The notes under the pieces were generated by a model. That model had not been told where the DNA came from and made no database searches. It saw only the letters and a program-made list of their open reading frames with translations. Positions 1 to 9,578 of a DNA stretch of 64,000 nucleotides are shown piece by piece; the first letter of the stretch is position 1; each line of letters begins with the position of its first letter. Made by a program: the position numbers and the translations under genes. The stretch lies in assembly GCA_944350085.1 (NCBI GenBank), contig CALVNY010000007.1, positions 657 through 64,656 of the forward strand, in the 5' to 3' direction. Source of the stretch: an uncultured Clostridia bacterium (GTDB lineage: Bacteria > Bacillota > Clostridia > Christensenellales > UBA1242).

Positions 1-2
1 GA

Positions 3-491
3 ATAAGTTATATGCAAAATTTAATTCAGCACGATGCAAGCATAAATCCTGGAAATTCTGGCGGTCCACTTATAAATTCTAGTGGCGAAATTGTTGGAAT
101 AAACACTTTAAAAGTTACAAGTGGTGAAGGTTTAGGTTTTGCAATTCCATCAAAAAGTTTTGTTAATGTAATTTCACAAGTTGTTAGCGACAGCGAATAC
201 AAAACACCTTATTTTGGAGTAATGGGTTATGATGCTAGCATTGCCGTTTATTATGGAACAGAATTTGACACAAAAGGCGTTTATGTAGTTAGCGTTGATC
301 CATCATCTCCTGCTTATTTATGTGGAATAAGAAATGAAGATATAATTACAAAAATAAACGACCAAGAATTAACAAACATGTTGGACCTTAAATGTGAATT
401 GTACAAATATAAAGCAAACGACAAAATAACAGTGGAATTTTGCCGAGAAAATGAAGTTTTAAGTGGCACTTGCACATTAATAGAAAGATGA
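3..491 (+). CDS. HtrA/DegP-family trypsin-like serine protease, C-terminal part (5' end outside window)
   Basis: The frame is open to the window edge. A GNSGGPL catalytic-serine motif is followed by a PDZ-like C-terminal region. The stop is at 489-491. Confidence 0.8.
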   Translation: MSYMQNLIQHDASINPGNSGGPLINSSGEIVGINTLKVTSGEGLGFAIPSKSFVNVISQVVSDSEYKTPYFGVMGYDASIAVYYGTEFDTKGVYVVSVDPSSPAYLCGIRNEDIITKINDQELTNMLDLKCELYKYKANDKITVEFCRENEVLSGTCTLIER

Positions 492-586
492 CAATTAAAC
501 ATAATTTTATCTTTAAAACTAGTTTTAGAATTTTTATTTTTGAAATTATATTTTTTAAAATTATATTTTTTAAATTAAAACAAACA

Positions 587-623
587 AAAAATAAAATGGC
601 AATAATTTGCCATTTTATTTTTT
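587..623. terminator. Bidirectional intrinsic terminator
   Basis: Stem AAAATGGCAA (593-602) pairs with TTGCCATTTT (607-616). It is flanked by an A-run and a T-run and sits between convergent genes. Confidence 0.7.
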
Positions 624-625
624 AT

Positions 626-2029
626 TTAATCTCCATTTTCATTGTCTAAATTATAAATATTATCATCTGAATCTTCTTCAAAATCATTTTCTTCTTCAAA
701 GCATGATGACATATATTCTTCAAATGATTTAAAGTCTAATGGATTAATTATATCATTTGAGTTAACTACAATATTTTGATTTTTTTGTGATGTTGCATTT
801 AAAATTGCTTTTTGCTTGCTTTCATCATAAACTTTTTCATATTCTGCTTCCATATCAGCATATTTCTTAATAATTGATTCAATATGCCCTTTATCAACAC
901 TTGCACCATAATTTCTTTCGGTTATTAATCCACGAGCACGAGCAGATTCTAGTTTTTCAATTTCATAAATTGCACCAATTTGTGATTGTTCATTAATTTC
1001 ACCCTTTGCAGTTTTCCCAATGGTTACATCTGCTCCTGCAACATGTGTGTCACTTCCGCCAGTAAATATTATTGAATTTTTTGAGCCATTTGCCTTTATT
1101 GTATCCATAATAACTTTGAAATTTTCTTCATCCATAGAACTTGTGATAATTTCAAAGCCATCTCCACCACATTTAAGAAAATTTTCAACAGTTTTTTCTG
1201 GAGTTGCAGTTCTAACTAAATTAACAGGTGGATGAGCAAAAATAACAAGTGCACCAGATGCATGAGCAACATCAATTATGTCTTTCATATCCAAGTTTAA
1301 CCTTTGAACTCTTGGTGCTTTTTCAAGCATATTTTCAAGTTCTCTTTGAGATTTTGCAACTGTTATGCCGTTTCTTTTAAAAAACTCAACCGAATCTTTT
1401 GTTCCAAAAGTGTTAAATCCTGCAACTTCGTTTCTTTTGTTAATTACATATTTTTTTATGGTGTCGTGGTCAATAGTTATTCCTCTTATTTCAGCAATGT
1501 AATTAAGTAGTCCATAGTCAACCAATCTATCGTTTGCGGATTTTATTTTTAACAATCTAACTATTGGGCTATTGGTTGTAAGTATTGGTGCCAAAACAAC
1601 CATATGCAATTTAAGTGGATTTCCTTTGTAGTTTTCATTTTCCGAATCCCTACAAGTTATTTCAACTGCTGGAACAACTTTAACGCCATTTATTTTGTGA
1701 TATGCTTTATGTTTTGGAAGATTATGTTCTTTAACAAAATTTGTCCATGCATGTAAGTCGTTGTGTTGTAAAAGGGCTATGTTTGCAACATTATTTAAAA
1801 TTGCAACTTCCAAAGCTTGCGAAAATGAATAAACTCCATCAGAATTGTCTTTTATATGCACATGGAAATCTGCTCTACGCATAATAGAAGTAGAACTAGC
1901 ATCGCCCATATTTTTGCTAGCCTTATAGGAATTAATGTTATAACTATTAAAATTAAACCTTTCATTATTATGTCTTTGACTTTGTTTTGGTCTTTGACTT
2001 TGTTTTTGGTTTCTTTTATATTTAGCCAT
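626..2029 (-). CDS. PHP (polymerase/histidinol phosphatase) domain protein
   Basis: DFHVH near the start of the fold, with later FAHPP and GGSDTHV metal-ligand-like motifs. A GGGGA SD lies just upstream of the ATG at 2029 (MAKYK), which I prefer over the listed TTG at 2083. The N-terminus is basic and the C-terminal tail is acidic. Confidence 0.65.
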   Translation of the reverse strand: MAKYKRNQKQSQRPKQSQRHNNERFNFNSYNINSYKASKNMGDASSTSIMRRADFHVHIKDNSDGVYSFSQALEVAILNNVANIALLQHNDLHAWTNFVKEHNLPKHKAYHKINGVKVVPAVEITCRDSENENYKGNPLKLHMVVLAPILTTNSPIVRLLKIKSANDRLVDYGLLNYIAEIRGITIDHDTIKKYVINKRNEVAGFNTFGTKDSVEFFKRNGITVAKSQRELENMLEKAPRVQRLNLDMKDIIDVAHASGALVIFAHPPVNLVRTATPEKTVENFLKCGGDGFEIITSSMDEENFKVIMDTIKANGSKNSIIFTGGSDTHVAGADVTIGKTAKGEINEQSQIGAIYEIEKLESARARGLITERNYGASVDKGHIESIIKKYADMEAEYEKVYDESKQKAILNATSQKNQNIVVNSNDIINPLDFKSFEEYMSSCFEEENDFEEDSDDNIYNLDNENGD

Positions 2030-2190
2030 AATAAAATCCCCTTTTCTTTTTCTTATATTAACACAAATTTCGACATTTTTCAATAGGTAATAAATTTATT
2101 TGTACATTAATTATTAATTTATATTATGTTTATTATTATTTTTTTTATTGTTTTTATTGTTTAATCAATTTGCGTTGTAAATTAAAATTG

Positions 2191-2223
2191 AACAAAAAAA
2201 TAAAAAAAGAGCCGTTAGGCTCT
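2191..2223 (-). terminator. Intrinsic terminator overlapping the stop of the 2215-2904 gene
   Basis: AGAGCC (2208-2213) pairs with GGCTCT (2218-2223), followed by a T-run on the minus strand. Confidence 0.6.
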
Positions 2224-2904
2224 TATCATTTCAAGCAAAAATTTAATCATCTTTTTTTGATTAAGAGTTAACCCCTTAACTGTTTTTAATTTATTAAGCA
2301 TATTAACTGCTTGAATTTTTTGCATTTTATTTCCGTCACTTAAAGTTCCTGCAAGCAAAATAATATGGTCAACATCGCTTGGATTTTCTTTCAAGTATTC
2401 TTTTAAACCAGCAATTGCATGCACATATAGTTCGTCAGCAAATGTTTTTAATTCTTCATATTCTTTTTTATTTTGAACAGCGTTCATTGTGTTTGCACTA
2501 TCATCTAAAATATAATCTTTCCAATAAAGCATTTCACCATAAATTAAATCACTTGCTTGCAAATTACACAAACTTTCATTTAACTTATCATTAACGCTTT
2601 TATAATACAAACTTGCTTTTAAGTAATGTTCTAATTTATTTGGTCTGGCAGAATTTAAAGTTTTTACTATTTTATTTTTAGAAATCATATCATATTTTGC
2701 ATCTTTAACAATTGAATTGTTAAGGCATGTTGACACGTCTTTACTAGCATAGCCACAATTTGGACATTTTTCAACATTGAAATGCCATAAATCAAAATAA
2801 AGTTTAGCACCTTCACTATTAGGGCTTAAATACATATTTGTTGTTAATGTGTCATCAAAATTAAAATGATAACCACAAACTGCACACTTTTTTGTTACTA
2901 TCAT
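2215..2904 (-). CDS. Zinc-ribbon protein, DUF2225-like
   Basis: N-terminal CAVCG...CPNCG zinc ribbon followed by a helical repeat-like region, about 230 aa. An AAGGTG SD is present. The family assignment is from memory of the architecture only. Confidence 0.45.
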   Translation of the reverse strand: MIVTKKCAVCGYHFNFDDTLTTNMYLSPNSEGAKLYFDLWHFNVEKCPNCGYASKDVSTCLNNSIVKDAKYDMISKNKIVKTLNSARPNKLEHYLKASLYYKSVNDKLNESLCNLQASDLIYGEMLYWKDYILDDSANTMNAVQNKKEYEELKTFADELYVHAIAGLKEYLKENPSDVDHIILLAGTLSDGNKMQKIQAVNMLNKLKTVKGLTLNQKKMIKFLLEMIRA

Positions 2905-3223
2905 AATTTTACACCTTTTATAAATCTATTTTTATTTTACCAAAATTTTAAAAATTAAACAATATTATAACAAACATTATTTATTTTTTTTAAATTTATA
3001 AAACACTAAACAAATTTGCAATATAATTTTTAAAAATATTTTTAAAAAATTTATTAAACAACATCAAATTTCCACCTTTCATTTTAAATTTATGGGGTTG
3101 ATTTTTAGTTTGCAAAATAAAAACAAACCCCCAGCATTAACAAAATAAAAACCTTAAACATAAAATTTTTATATAAAGTTTTTTAATTACTTTATTTTAA
3201 ATTTTAGTTTAAGGAGATAATCT

Positions 3224-5002
3224 ATGTGTGGAATTGCAGGATTTTTCGGACATCAAGTTTGCGAAGATATACTTATTAATTTTTTAGAAAAATTAGAATA
3301 CCGTGGCTATGATTCATCTGGTATTGCCGTTAAAAATAAAAACAATATTAACTTAGTTAAAGGCACTTATAAAATAAATGAATTAAAAGAAGTTGTTAAA
3401 ACAAAAACAACCAACTCATGTGGAATTGCACATACTAGATGGGCAACACATGGGAAAGCAAATAAAGATAATTCCCACCCACACTATTCTGCAAATAAAG
3501 TTTGGTTTGCAGTTCACAATGGAATAATTGAAAATTATGCTAGTTTAAAAAACAAACTAATTAATTGCAACATAAAATTTTCATCGGAAACAGATAGCGA
3601 AGTTATTCCACAACTTTTAGAATATAACAATGTTAAAAATATTTATGAATTTATTGACACCATTAATATGCTAAAAGGGGCTTATGCTATTTGTGCATTT
3701 AACAATTTTGACAATTCACTATATCTAGCAAAATACAAAAATCCACTTTACATTGCAGAATTTAATAATGAATTTTTTATTGCAAGCGACCCCATTTGTT
3801 TTAACGAAATAACAAAAAATTATTACACATTAAATGATAACGAATTTTGCATAGTTTCTGACAACAAGTTGTGCTTTTACAACAATAAACATAAAAAAAT
3901 TAACAAAAAACAAAATTTATTAAATAGCAAATATTTAAAATGTTCAAAAGAAAATTATTCAACTTTTATGGAAAAAGAAATAAATGAAATTCCAAAAGTT
4001 TTAAAAAACATTTTAACTGAATATAAAAAAAATAATTATTTTGAACACATTACAAGCGATTTTTTAGATGTTAAAAGAGTTGTTATTATTGGTTGTGGAA
4101 CAGCCTATCACTCAGGCTTAATAGGTGCAAAATATTTAGAATCAGTTTTAAATATACCAATAAGTGTTGAACTTGCAAGTGAGTTTTTGTGTGGAAACCC
4201 TATAATAAACAACACAACATCATATATTTTTGTTAGTCAAAGTGGCGAAACAGCCGACACTATCAACGCATTAAATTTAGTTAAAAATAAATGCAAAAAC
4301 ACCATTGCAATAACCAATGTAACATACAGCACTATTGCTCAAAATGTAGATATAGTTTTGCCGGTTTTTGCAGGCCCCGAAATTGCAGTGGCGTCAACAA
4401 AAGCATACAATGCACAGTTACTTGTTTTTTATCTATTTAGTGAATACTTAAAAAATTTTAAACTAGAAACAAAATTTTTTAATAAAATTAATGGTGAAAT
4501 AAAAAAAATAAATATCGCAACACTTTATCACTTTGATAAACTTACAAAAATAATTTCAAATTTTGACTCCTTGTTTATATTAGGCAAATTTAAAGATTAC
4601 TTTACAGCACTTGAAGCATCTTTAAAAATTAGAGAAATAACTTATTCTAATTGTTCAGCATTGCCATGTGGAGAATTAAAGCATGGAACACTTGCACTTG
4701 TTTCAAACAAAACAACTTGCATTATAATTTCAACAAACAAATTATTGCACTCTAAAACAATTAGTGCAATAAACGAAATTAAGGCAAGATTAGGAAAAAT
4801 TGTTTTGGTTACAAACAGCGTTGAAAGTTTTAAAGATTGCAGTCTTATTGATTATTTAATTAAATTGCCAAATGTTGATGAAAACTTGATTGATTTGGTT
4901 AGTGTAATACCCTTTCAGTTGTTTGCACTACAACTTAGTTTAACCAAAAAAATCAATCCGGACAAACCAAGAAACCTTGCCAAAAGTGTTACAGTTGAAT
5001 AA
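3224..5002 (+). CDS. glmS: Glutamine--fructose-6-phosphate aminotransferase (isomerizing)
   Basis: MCGIAG N-terminal nucleophile Cys, two SIS domains, and the canonical C-terminal KSVTVE. An AAGGAG SD is present. Confidence 0.95.
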   Translation: MCGIAGFFGHQVCEDILINFLEKLEYRGYDSSGIAVKNKNNINLVKGTYKINELKEVVKTKTTNSCGIAHTRWATHGKANKDNSHPHYSANKVWFAVHNGIIENYASLKNKLINCNIKFSSETDSEVIPQLLEYNNVKNIYEFIDTINMLKGAYAICAFNNFDNSLYLAKYKNPLYIAEFNNEFFIASDPICFNEITKNYYTLNDNEFCIVSDNKLCFYNNKHKKINKKQNLLNSKYLKCSKENYSTFMEKEINEIPKVLKNILTEYKKNNYFEHITSDFLDVKRVVIIGCGTAYHSGLIGAKYLESVLNIPISVELASEFLCGNPIINNTTSYIFVSQSGETADTINALNLVKNKCKNTIAITNVTYSTIAQNVDIVLPVFAGPEIAVASTKAYNAQLLVFYLFSEYLKNFKLETKFFNKINGEIKKINIATLYHFDKLTKIISNFDSLFILGKFKDYFTALEASLKIREITYSNCSALPCGELKHGTLALVSNKTTCIIISTNKLLHSKTISAINEIKARLGKIVLVTNSVESFKDCSLIDYLIKLPNVDENLIDLVSVIPFQLFALQLSLTKKINPDKPRNLAKSVTVE

Positions 5003-5074
5003 AATTACAACCCCATAAAAAATTTCAAATTGCATTTTTAAATTTTTTAATTAAATATTCTAATTATAAAGTTT

Positions 5075-5110
5075 TAAAAAAATGATAGGATGCAACCTAT
5101 CATTTTTTTT
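5075..5110. terminator. Bidirectional intrinsic terminator
   Basis: ATGATAGG (5082-5089) pairs with CCTATCAT (5096-5103), with an A-run before and a T-run after. It sits between convergent glmS and the reductase gene. Confidence 0.75.
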
Positions 5111-5120
5111 ATTTGTTTTG

Positions 5121-7178
5121 TTAAATTTTACATACAACATCCCATGCGCCCCAAATAACTGTTCTTAAATTTCCAACAGTTTTTGCGTCGCCTATTACGT
5201 GAACATGTTTTGATTTTTTAGAAGTTAAAGGATTTGGTACATATCCAACAGAAACAACAACTGTGTCTGCTTTAATCTCAACTTGTTTACCATCTTTGTC
5301 TGTAATTAAAACAGAATCTTCTTTAATTTCATTACACCTACTTTCTAAATAAACAGGAACTTTGTAAGTTTTAAAGAAATCTCTTAAATAGGATGAGTTT
5401 GCTAAGCACAAGCCTTTTGAAATCATCAAATCGTTTTGTGCTTCAACAATAACAGGCTTTTTACCTTTTAAATATAAATCATAAGCAATTTCACAACCAG
5501 TCAATCCTCCACCAATTACAACAACATTTTCGCCTGTTTTTGCACCATTTAAATATTCTATTGCTTCAATACTTCTATCAATACCTTTTAAATTTAACTT
5601 TCTTGCTTTTGCACCTGTTGCAATAATAATTTCATCAGCATCAAGTGTTGATAAATCTGTTACTTCGGTGTTTAATTTAACATCAATTTTTAAATCTTCC
5701 ATTTGTTTGCGATACCACTCAATAAGTTTTTTGTCAGCCTCTTTAAAACTTGGAGCGGCAGCAGGAATAAACACACCACCTAAAACATTTGATTTTTCAT
5801 ATATTGTTGCTTTATGTCCACGAAGTGTAAGGACTCTTGCACATTCCATGCCACCTATTCCGCCACCGATGATTGCAACATTTTTTTGTTTCTTTGCTGG
5901 TTTATAATCGTATTTGCCACCATCCATTGTTTGCGGATTAAGTGCACACCTTGACATGTGCTTTGAGTCATCCATAGAGCCTGCATTTGCAACACCTTTA
6001 TAATGTGACAAAGCAAAACAACCATTATGACAGTGTATGCAAGGCATAATATCTTCCATTCTGCCTTCCATTAACTTTGTAACCCAATGGCTATCTGCCA
6101 AAAATTGTCTAGCAACACCCATTGCATCAATTTCGCCATCTTTTATTGCTTTTGCAGCAACGCTTGGTACCATTTTCCCAGCACAAACAACAGGAATGTC
6201 AACAAATTTCTTTATGTGTGCAACATCTTCTAGATTACAGTTGTTTGGCATATATGTTGGCGGATGTGCCCAATACCATGCATCATAAGTTCCGTTGTCT
6301 GCATTAAGCATGTCGTAACCAGCATCTTGTAGATATTTTGCAGCCTTTTCACTTTCTTCCATGCATCTTCCAACTTCTTTAAAGTCTTTTTCTGTTGGCA
6401 AGGCACCTTCACCAAAACCTTTTGTTTTGCTTATTACTGAATACCTTAAAGAAACGGGATAATCACTGCCACATTCTTCTTTTATAGCCTTAACAACATC
6501 AGTTGCAAAACGATACCTATTTTCAAAACTTCCACCATAATTATCAGTTCTTTTGTTTGTGTACTCAGTTGTAAATTGGTCTAACAAATATCCTTCATGA
6601 ACCGCATGAACTTCTACGCCATCTACCCCTGCATCTTTACACATTTTTGCAGTTTTAGCAAATGCTTTAATCATTTGTTCAATTTCTTTAACTGTAATTG
6701 CTCTACACATTACATCTTCTGCCCATCTTGAAGGTAATTCGCTTGGCGATGCACAAAGCCTTGAAACATCAAAAATTGGTTTTACAAGTGCACCTAAAAA
6801 CTTATTTTTAAGCATTGGAACCATTGCGTTTGGTATAGAAAACGACCTACCAAATCCAGCAGTTAGTTGTATAAACATTTTAGCACCTGTTTTGTGGAAT
6901 TCCTCTAACCAAACTTTTAATTTTTTAAATGCTTTTTTGCTTTTATAAAGCCACGCATTACCTATTAGATTTCTTAATGGTGCAATACCCGGTATTATTA
7001 AGCCAACATTATTTTTGGCTAAATCCATAAAGAAATCAGCTGCGTCTTTATCAAAATGATGTGGTTCCATCCAACCAAAAATAGATGTTCCACCCATTGG
7101 ACAAAGCACAATACGATTTTTAATTTCTACATTACCAATTTTCCATGGCGTAAATAGTGGTTCGAATTGTTTATCCAT
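5121..7178 (-). CDS. Old-yellow-enzyme family NADH:flavin oxidoreductase fused to an FAD/NAD(P)-binding domain (2-enoate / 2,4-dienoyl-CoA reductase-like)
   Basis: N-terminal OYE TIM-barrel signature (KNRIVLCPMGG), a Cys cluster CIHCHNGC, then GGGIGG and GGGLTG Rossmann motifs. Length is 685 aa. Confidence 0.85.
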   Translation of the reverse strand: MDKQFEPLFTPWKIGNVEIKNRIVLCPMGGTSIFGWMEPHHFDKDAADFFMDLAKNNVGLIIPGIAPLRNLIGNAWLYKSKKAFKKLKVWLEEFHKTGAKMFIQLTAGFGRSFSIPNAMVPMLKNKFLGALVKPIFDVSRLCASPSELPSRWAEDVMCRAITVKEIEQMIKAFAKTAKMCKDAGVDGVEVHAVHEGYLLDQFTTEYTNKRTDNYGGSFENRYRFATDVVKAIKEECGSDYPVSLRYSVISKTKGFGEGALPTEKDFKEVGRCMEESEKAAKYLQDAGYDMLNADNGTYDAWYWAHPPTYMPNNCNLEDVAHIKKFVDIPVVCAGKMVPSVAAKAIKDGEIDAMGVARQFLADSHWVTKLMEGRMEDIMPCIHCHNGCFALSHYKGVANAGSMDDSKHMSRCALNPQTMDGGKYDYKPAKKQKNVAIIGGGIGGMECARVLTLRGHKATIYEKSNVLGGVFIPAAAPSFKEADKKLIEWYRKQMEDLKIDVKLNTEVTDLSTLDADEIIIATGAKARKLNLKGIDRSIEAIEYLNGAKTGENVVVIGGGLTGCEIAYDLYLKGKKPVIVEAQNDLMISKGLCLANSSYLRDFFKTYKVPVYLESRCNEIKEDSVLITDKDGKQVEIKADTVVVSVGYVPNPLTSKKSKHVHVIGDAKTVGNLRTVIWGAWDVVCKI

Positions 7179-7331
7179 ATTTTTCTCCTTTAAAATAAAT
7201 TAAGTTTAAAAGGTTTTAACTCTATAATTAAGAGTAAAATATTTTATAAAAAATGTCAAATAACTACACAAACAACTTATTTTTTTACTTGATTTTATGT
7301 TATTTTTACAAAACATTAAAATTTATGCATA

Positions 7332-7360
7332 TTGACTGATATTACTATAAATGTTATAAT
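7332..7360 (+). promoter_or_regulatory. Sigma-A type promoter
   Basis: TTGACT (7332-7337), 17-nt spacer, TATAAT (7355-7360), about 25 nt upstream of the ATG at 7386. Confidence 0.6.
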
Positions 7361-7385
7361 ATAATAATAAATTTGGAGAAAAATT

Positions 7386-8696
7386 ATGAATTTTAATGAT
7401 ATTATTAGAAAATATTTTTCGCAAACAATAATAACCTATTTTGAACAAGGTTTAAATGCAAAAGAAACCGCAACACTAAGAAATTCTAGGTATGAATATT
7501 TAAAGCAACTTGACACATCTATTTATAAAAAAATTATTGAAGACTTAATACCTGAAAAAATAAATGCAGAATTTATGTACTTTTATATGCACAAACTTCT
7601 TAAAAAACAAAATGCAAATAGCAATTTTAAAATTACCAGAATTCCAACAACAGTAGATGAAACAAAAATTGCACAATATCTTTTATATAACAATCATTTG
7701 GTTGAACGCATTAATTCTTTTGTTAATACCTGCATTTTTGGAAGCACTAATTTAAATGATTACATTGGACTTCCAAACAATTTCAGAGTTAAACACATTA
7801 GCCCTGTAAAAAACACAAAAAGAGCAGAAAAAACTGTTATTGATATTCCACAAGAAAGATTGGCTTTGTTGTTTAAAAATCCTCTTATCCCTCTTTTAAG
7901 AAAAGATAATAGTTTAATGCTTTTAGGAAAAGATTCTGTAACAGGAAAAGCATTACTTTTTCAATTAACATTGCCTGAACCAGATGCACATAAAAATGGT
8001 TTTCAAAACGCAGATGTTGCATTGTACTTAATGGTTGGTGGAACAAACGCTAAACAAATATGCCGTATGTCATACAAACCTGACAAAAACAGCGTTCATG
8101 AAGACATTGAAATTTCAAGCAATGGCACAATAAAAGTCGACCCTAAATCACATCTTCCAATAACACACGACGTTGTAACCAATGTTGTTCACATGCATAT
8201 GTACGGAAATTATATTGAAAATGGAAACACCATAAACCCAACTCACTATAGTGCAGCAATTCCTAAAGGATATAATGATTATCTTAAACCTGATTATACT
8301 TTCCAAAAAGCACTGATTAACTTTATGTCTAGGTTTAATATAGCAAATATTTCATACTTGAATCCTAACCAGAATCACAATAACTATCCATTAAACCCAC
8401 AAATTATGCAAGGGATATTGGATCGTGACAATTTTAATTTTGAAGACTTTGAAAACTTAAACCTTTCACAAGCATACGATACACTACTAGAAAATGTTAA
8501 AGAAATTCAAGAGTCAATAAAAACAAAAAAAGAGTCTGCCGAAAATATTGGAATAAACAACAAGGTTTACGATTTAATTTGCAAAGATTTAGATGAAGCA
8601 ACTTCAAGCAATGGTGACGATGATAGAGATAGAGTTCAAGATAAGTATGGACAAGGTTGTTTGAGTGACGACACCGAATCCCCTGATTACGATTAA
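7386..8696 (+). CDS. Hypothetical protein, 436 aa, acidic C-terminus
   Basis: Long ORF with a GGAGAA SD and a consensus promoter. I recognise no motif. Confidence 0.6.
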   Translation: MNFNDIIRKYFSQTIITYFEQGLNAKETATLRNSRYEYLKQLDTSIYKKIIEDLIPEKINAEFMYFYMHKLLKKQNANSNFKITRIPTTVDETKIAQYLLYNNHLVERINSFVNTCIFGSTNLNDYIGLPNNFRVKHISPVKNTKRAEKTVIDIPQERLALLFKNPLIPLLRKDNSLMLLGKDSVTGKALLFQLTLPEPDAHKNGFQNADVALYLMVGGTNAKQICRMSYKPDKNSVHEDIEISSNGTIKVDPKSHLPITHDVVTNVVHMHMYGNYIENGNTINPTHYSAAIPKGYNDYLKPDYTFQKALINFMSRFNIANISYLNPNQNHNNYPLNPQIMQGILDRDNFNFEDFENLNLSQAYDTLLENVKEIQESIKTKKESAENIGINNKVYDLICKDLDEATSSNGDDDRDRVQDKYGQGCLSDDTESPDYD

Positions 8697-8791
8697 TACT
8701 ACCAAAATAAGTTGACTTATAAATTTTAAAAAAATATAATCAAAAAAGATACTAAGTTAAATATTTTCATATTTGCTAAAAGGAGCATTAA

Positions 8792-9166
8792 ATGGATATT
8801 AAAGAGTTTTTTAAAGAATATTTTAAAAAAATTTACTATAAAGAATCAAATGGTGGATATATTGTTTCGCTTCCATATTATCATATTGATGCTGACGATT
8901 GTTCCTCATTTTATATTAAACAAAACGATGATTCAACATATCATCTTTCTGATATGGGAAACAGCATAGACCACTTAGAATATAACGTTGACGACTACAC
9001 ACTTTATAATAATAAAATTAATAAAGTATGCTCTAGATTTGGATTTACAAGAAATGGAAAAAGCATTGAGTTTGATATTCCTAATCTTGAAACCAATCAA
9101 ACAATGAAACAACTTCATAGATTTTTGCAAGGGCTTGCAATTATTGCAAACATTGATTTGTTTTAA
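8792..9166 (+). CDS. Hypothetical protein, 124 aa (possibly DUF1828-like)
   Basis: An AAGGAG SD is present. The pattern FYIKQNDDSTYHLSDMGNS...L resembles the DUF1828 hairpin motif as I remember it. This is weak. Confidence 0.5.
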   Translation: MDIKEFFKEYFKKIYYKESNGGYIVSLPYYHIDADDCSSFYIKQNDDSTYHLSDMGNSIDHLEYNVDDYTLYNNKINKVCSRFGFTRNGKSIEFDIPNLETNQTMKQLHRFLQGLAIIANIDLF

Positions 9167-9225
9167 AAAAAAATTAATAATTTTAAATAAAAGTTTATAA
9201 TTTAAAAATCATATTAATTAAAAAA

Positions 9226-9258
9226 ACAAAAAAACGAACAAAATTTGTTCGTTTTTTT
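9226..9258. terminator. Bidirectional intrinsic terminator
   Basis: CGAAC (9235-9239) pairs with GTTCG (9247-9251), with flanking A- and T-runs. It serves the plus gene ending at 9166 and the minus-strand tRNA-Arg. Confidence 0.65.
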
Positions 9259-9303
9259 ATTCCAATTTTTATCCCAAATTTTTTAATTTTTAATAAAATA
9301 AAT

Positions 9304-9378
9304 TGGTGTTCCCGGCGGGAATCGAACCCACATCGGTCGCTTAGGAGGCAACTGTTCTATCCGTTGAACTACGGGAAC
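9304..9378 (-). tRNA. tRNA-Arg (anticodon CCU)
   Basis: The reverse complement folds as a cloverleaf: acceptor GTTCCCG/CGGGAAC, anticodon loop CTCCTAA, T-loop TTCGATT, and an encoded CCA. Confidence 0.9.
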
Positions 9379-9395
9379 TTAATTACAACAAAAAT

Positions 9396-9424
9396 ATTAT
9401 AACATAATTGTTTTTATAATGCAA
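9396..9424 (-). promoter_or_regulatory. Promoter for tRNA-Arg
   Basis: On the minus strand: TTGCAT (9419-9424), 17 nt, TATAAT (9396-9401). Confidence 0.5.
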
Positions 9425-9510
9425 TTAGTCTATTGTTTCTATTAAAATATTTTGAAATTTAAAAAACATGTTTTATATTTTATAATTTTTTCTAAAATTG
9501 ATAATAGTAT

Positions 9511-9540
9511 TTTACAACACATTTTTTTTAATTGTATAAT
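9511..9540 (+). promoter_or_regulatory. Candidate promoter
   Basis: TTTACA (9511-9516), 18 nt, TATAAT (9535-9540) preceded by TG. Confidence 0.4.
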
Positions 9541-9578
9541 ATATATAGCAAAAAAATAATATTGGATAGGTGAAATAT

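Noticed and set aside
543-571. A tandem 14-nt repeat aaattatatttttt x2, and similar short tandem motifs near 2140-2165.
   Set aside because: This is low-complexity A/T sequence in intergenic DNA. It has only two copies, with no spacer structure, so it is not a CRISPR array or a satellite.
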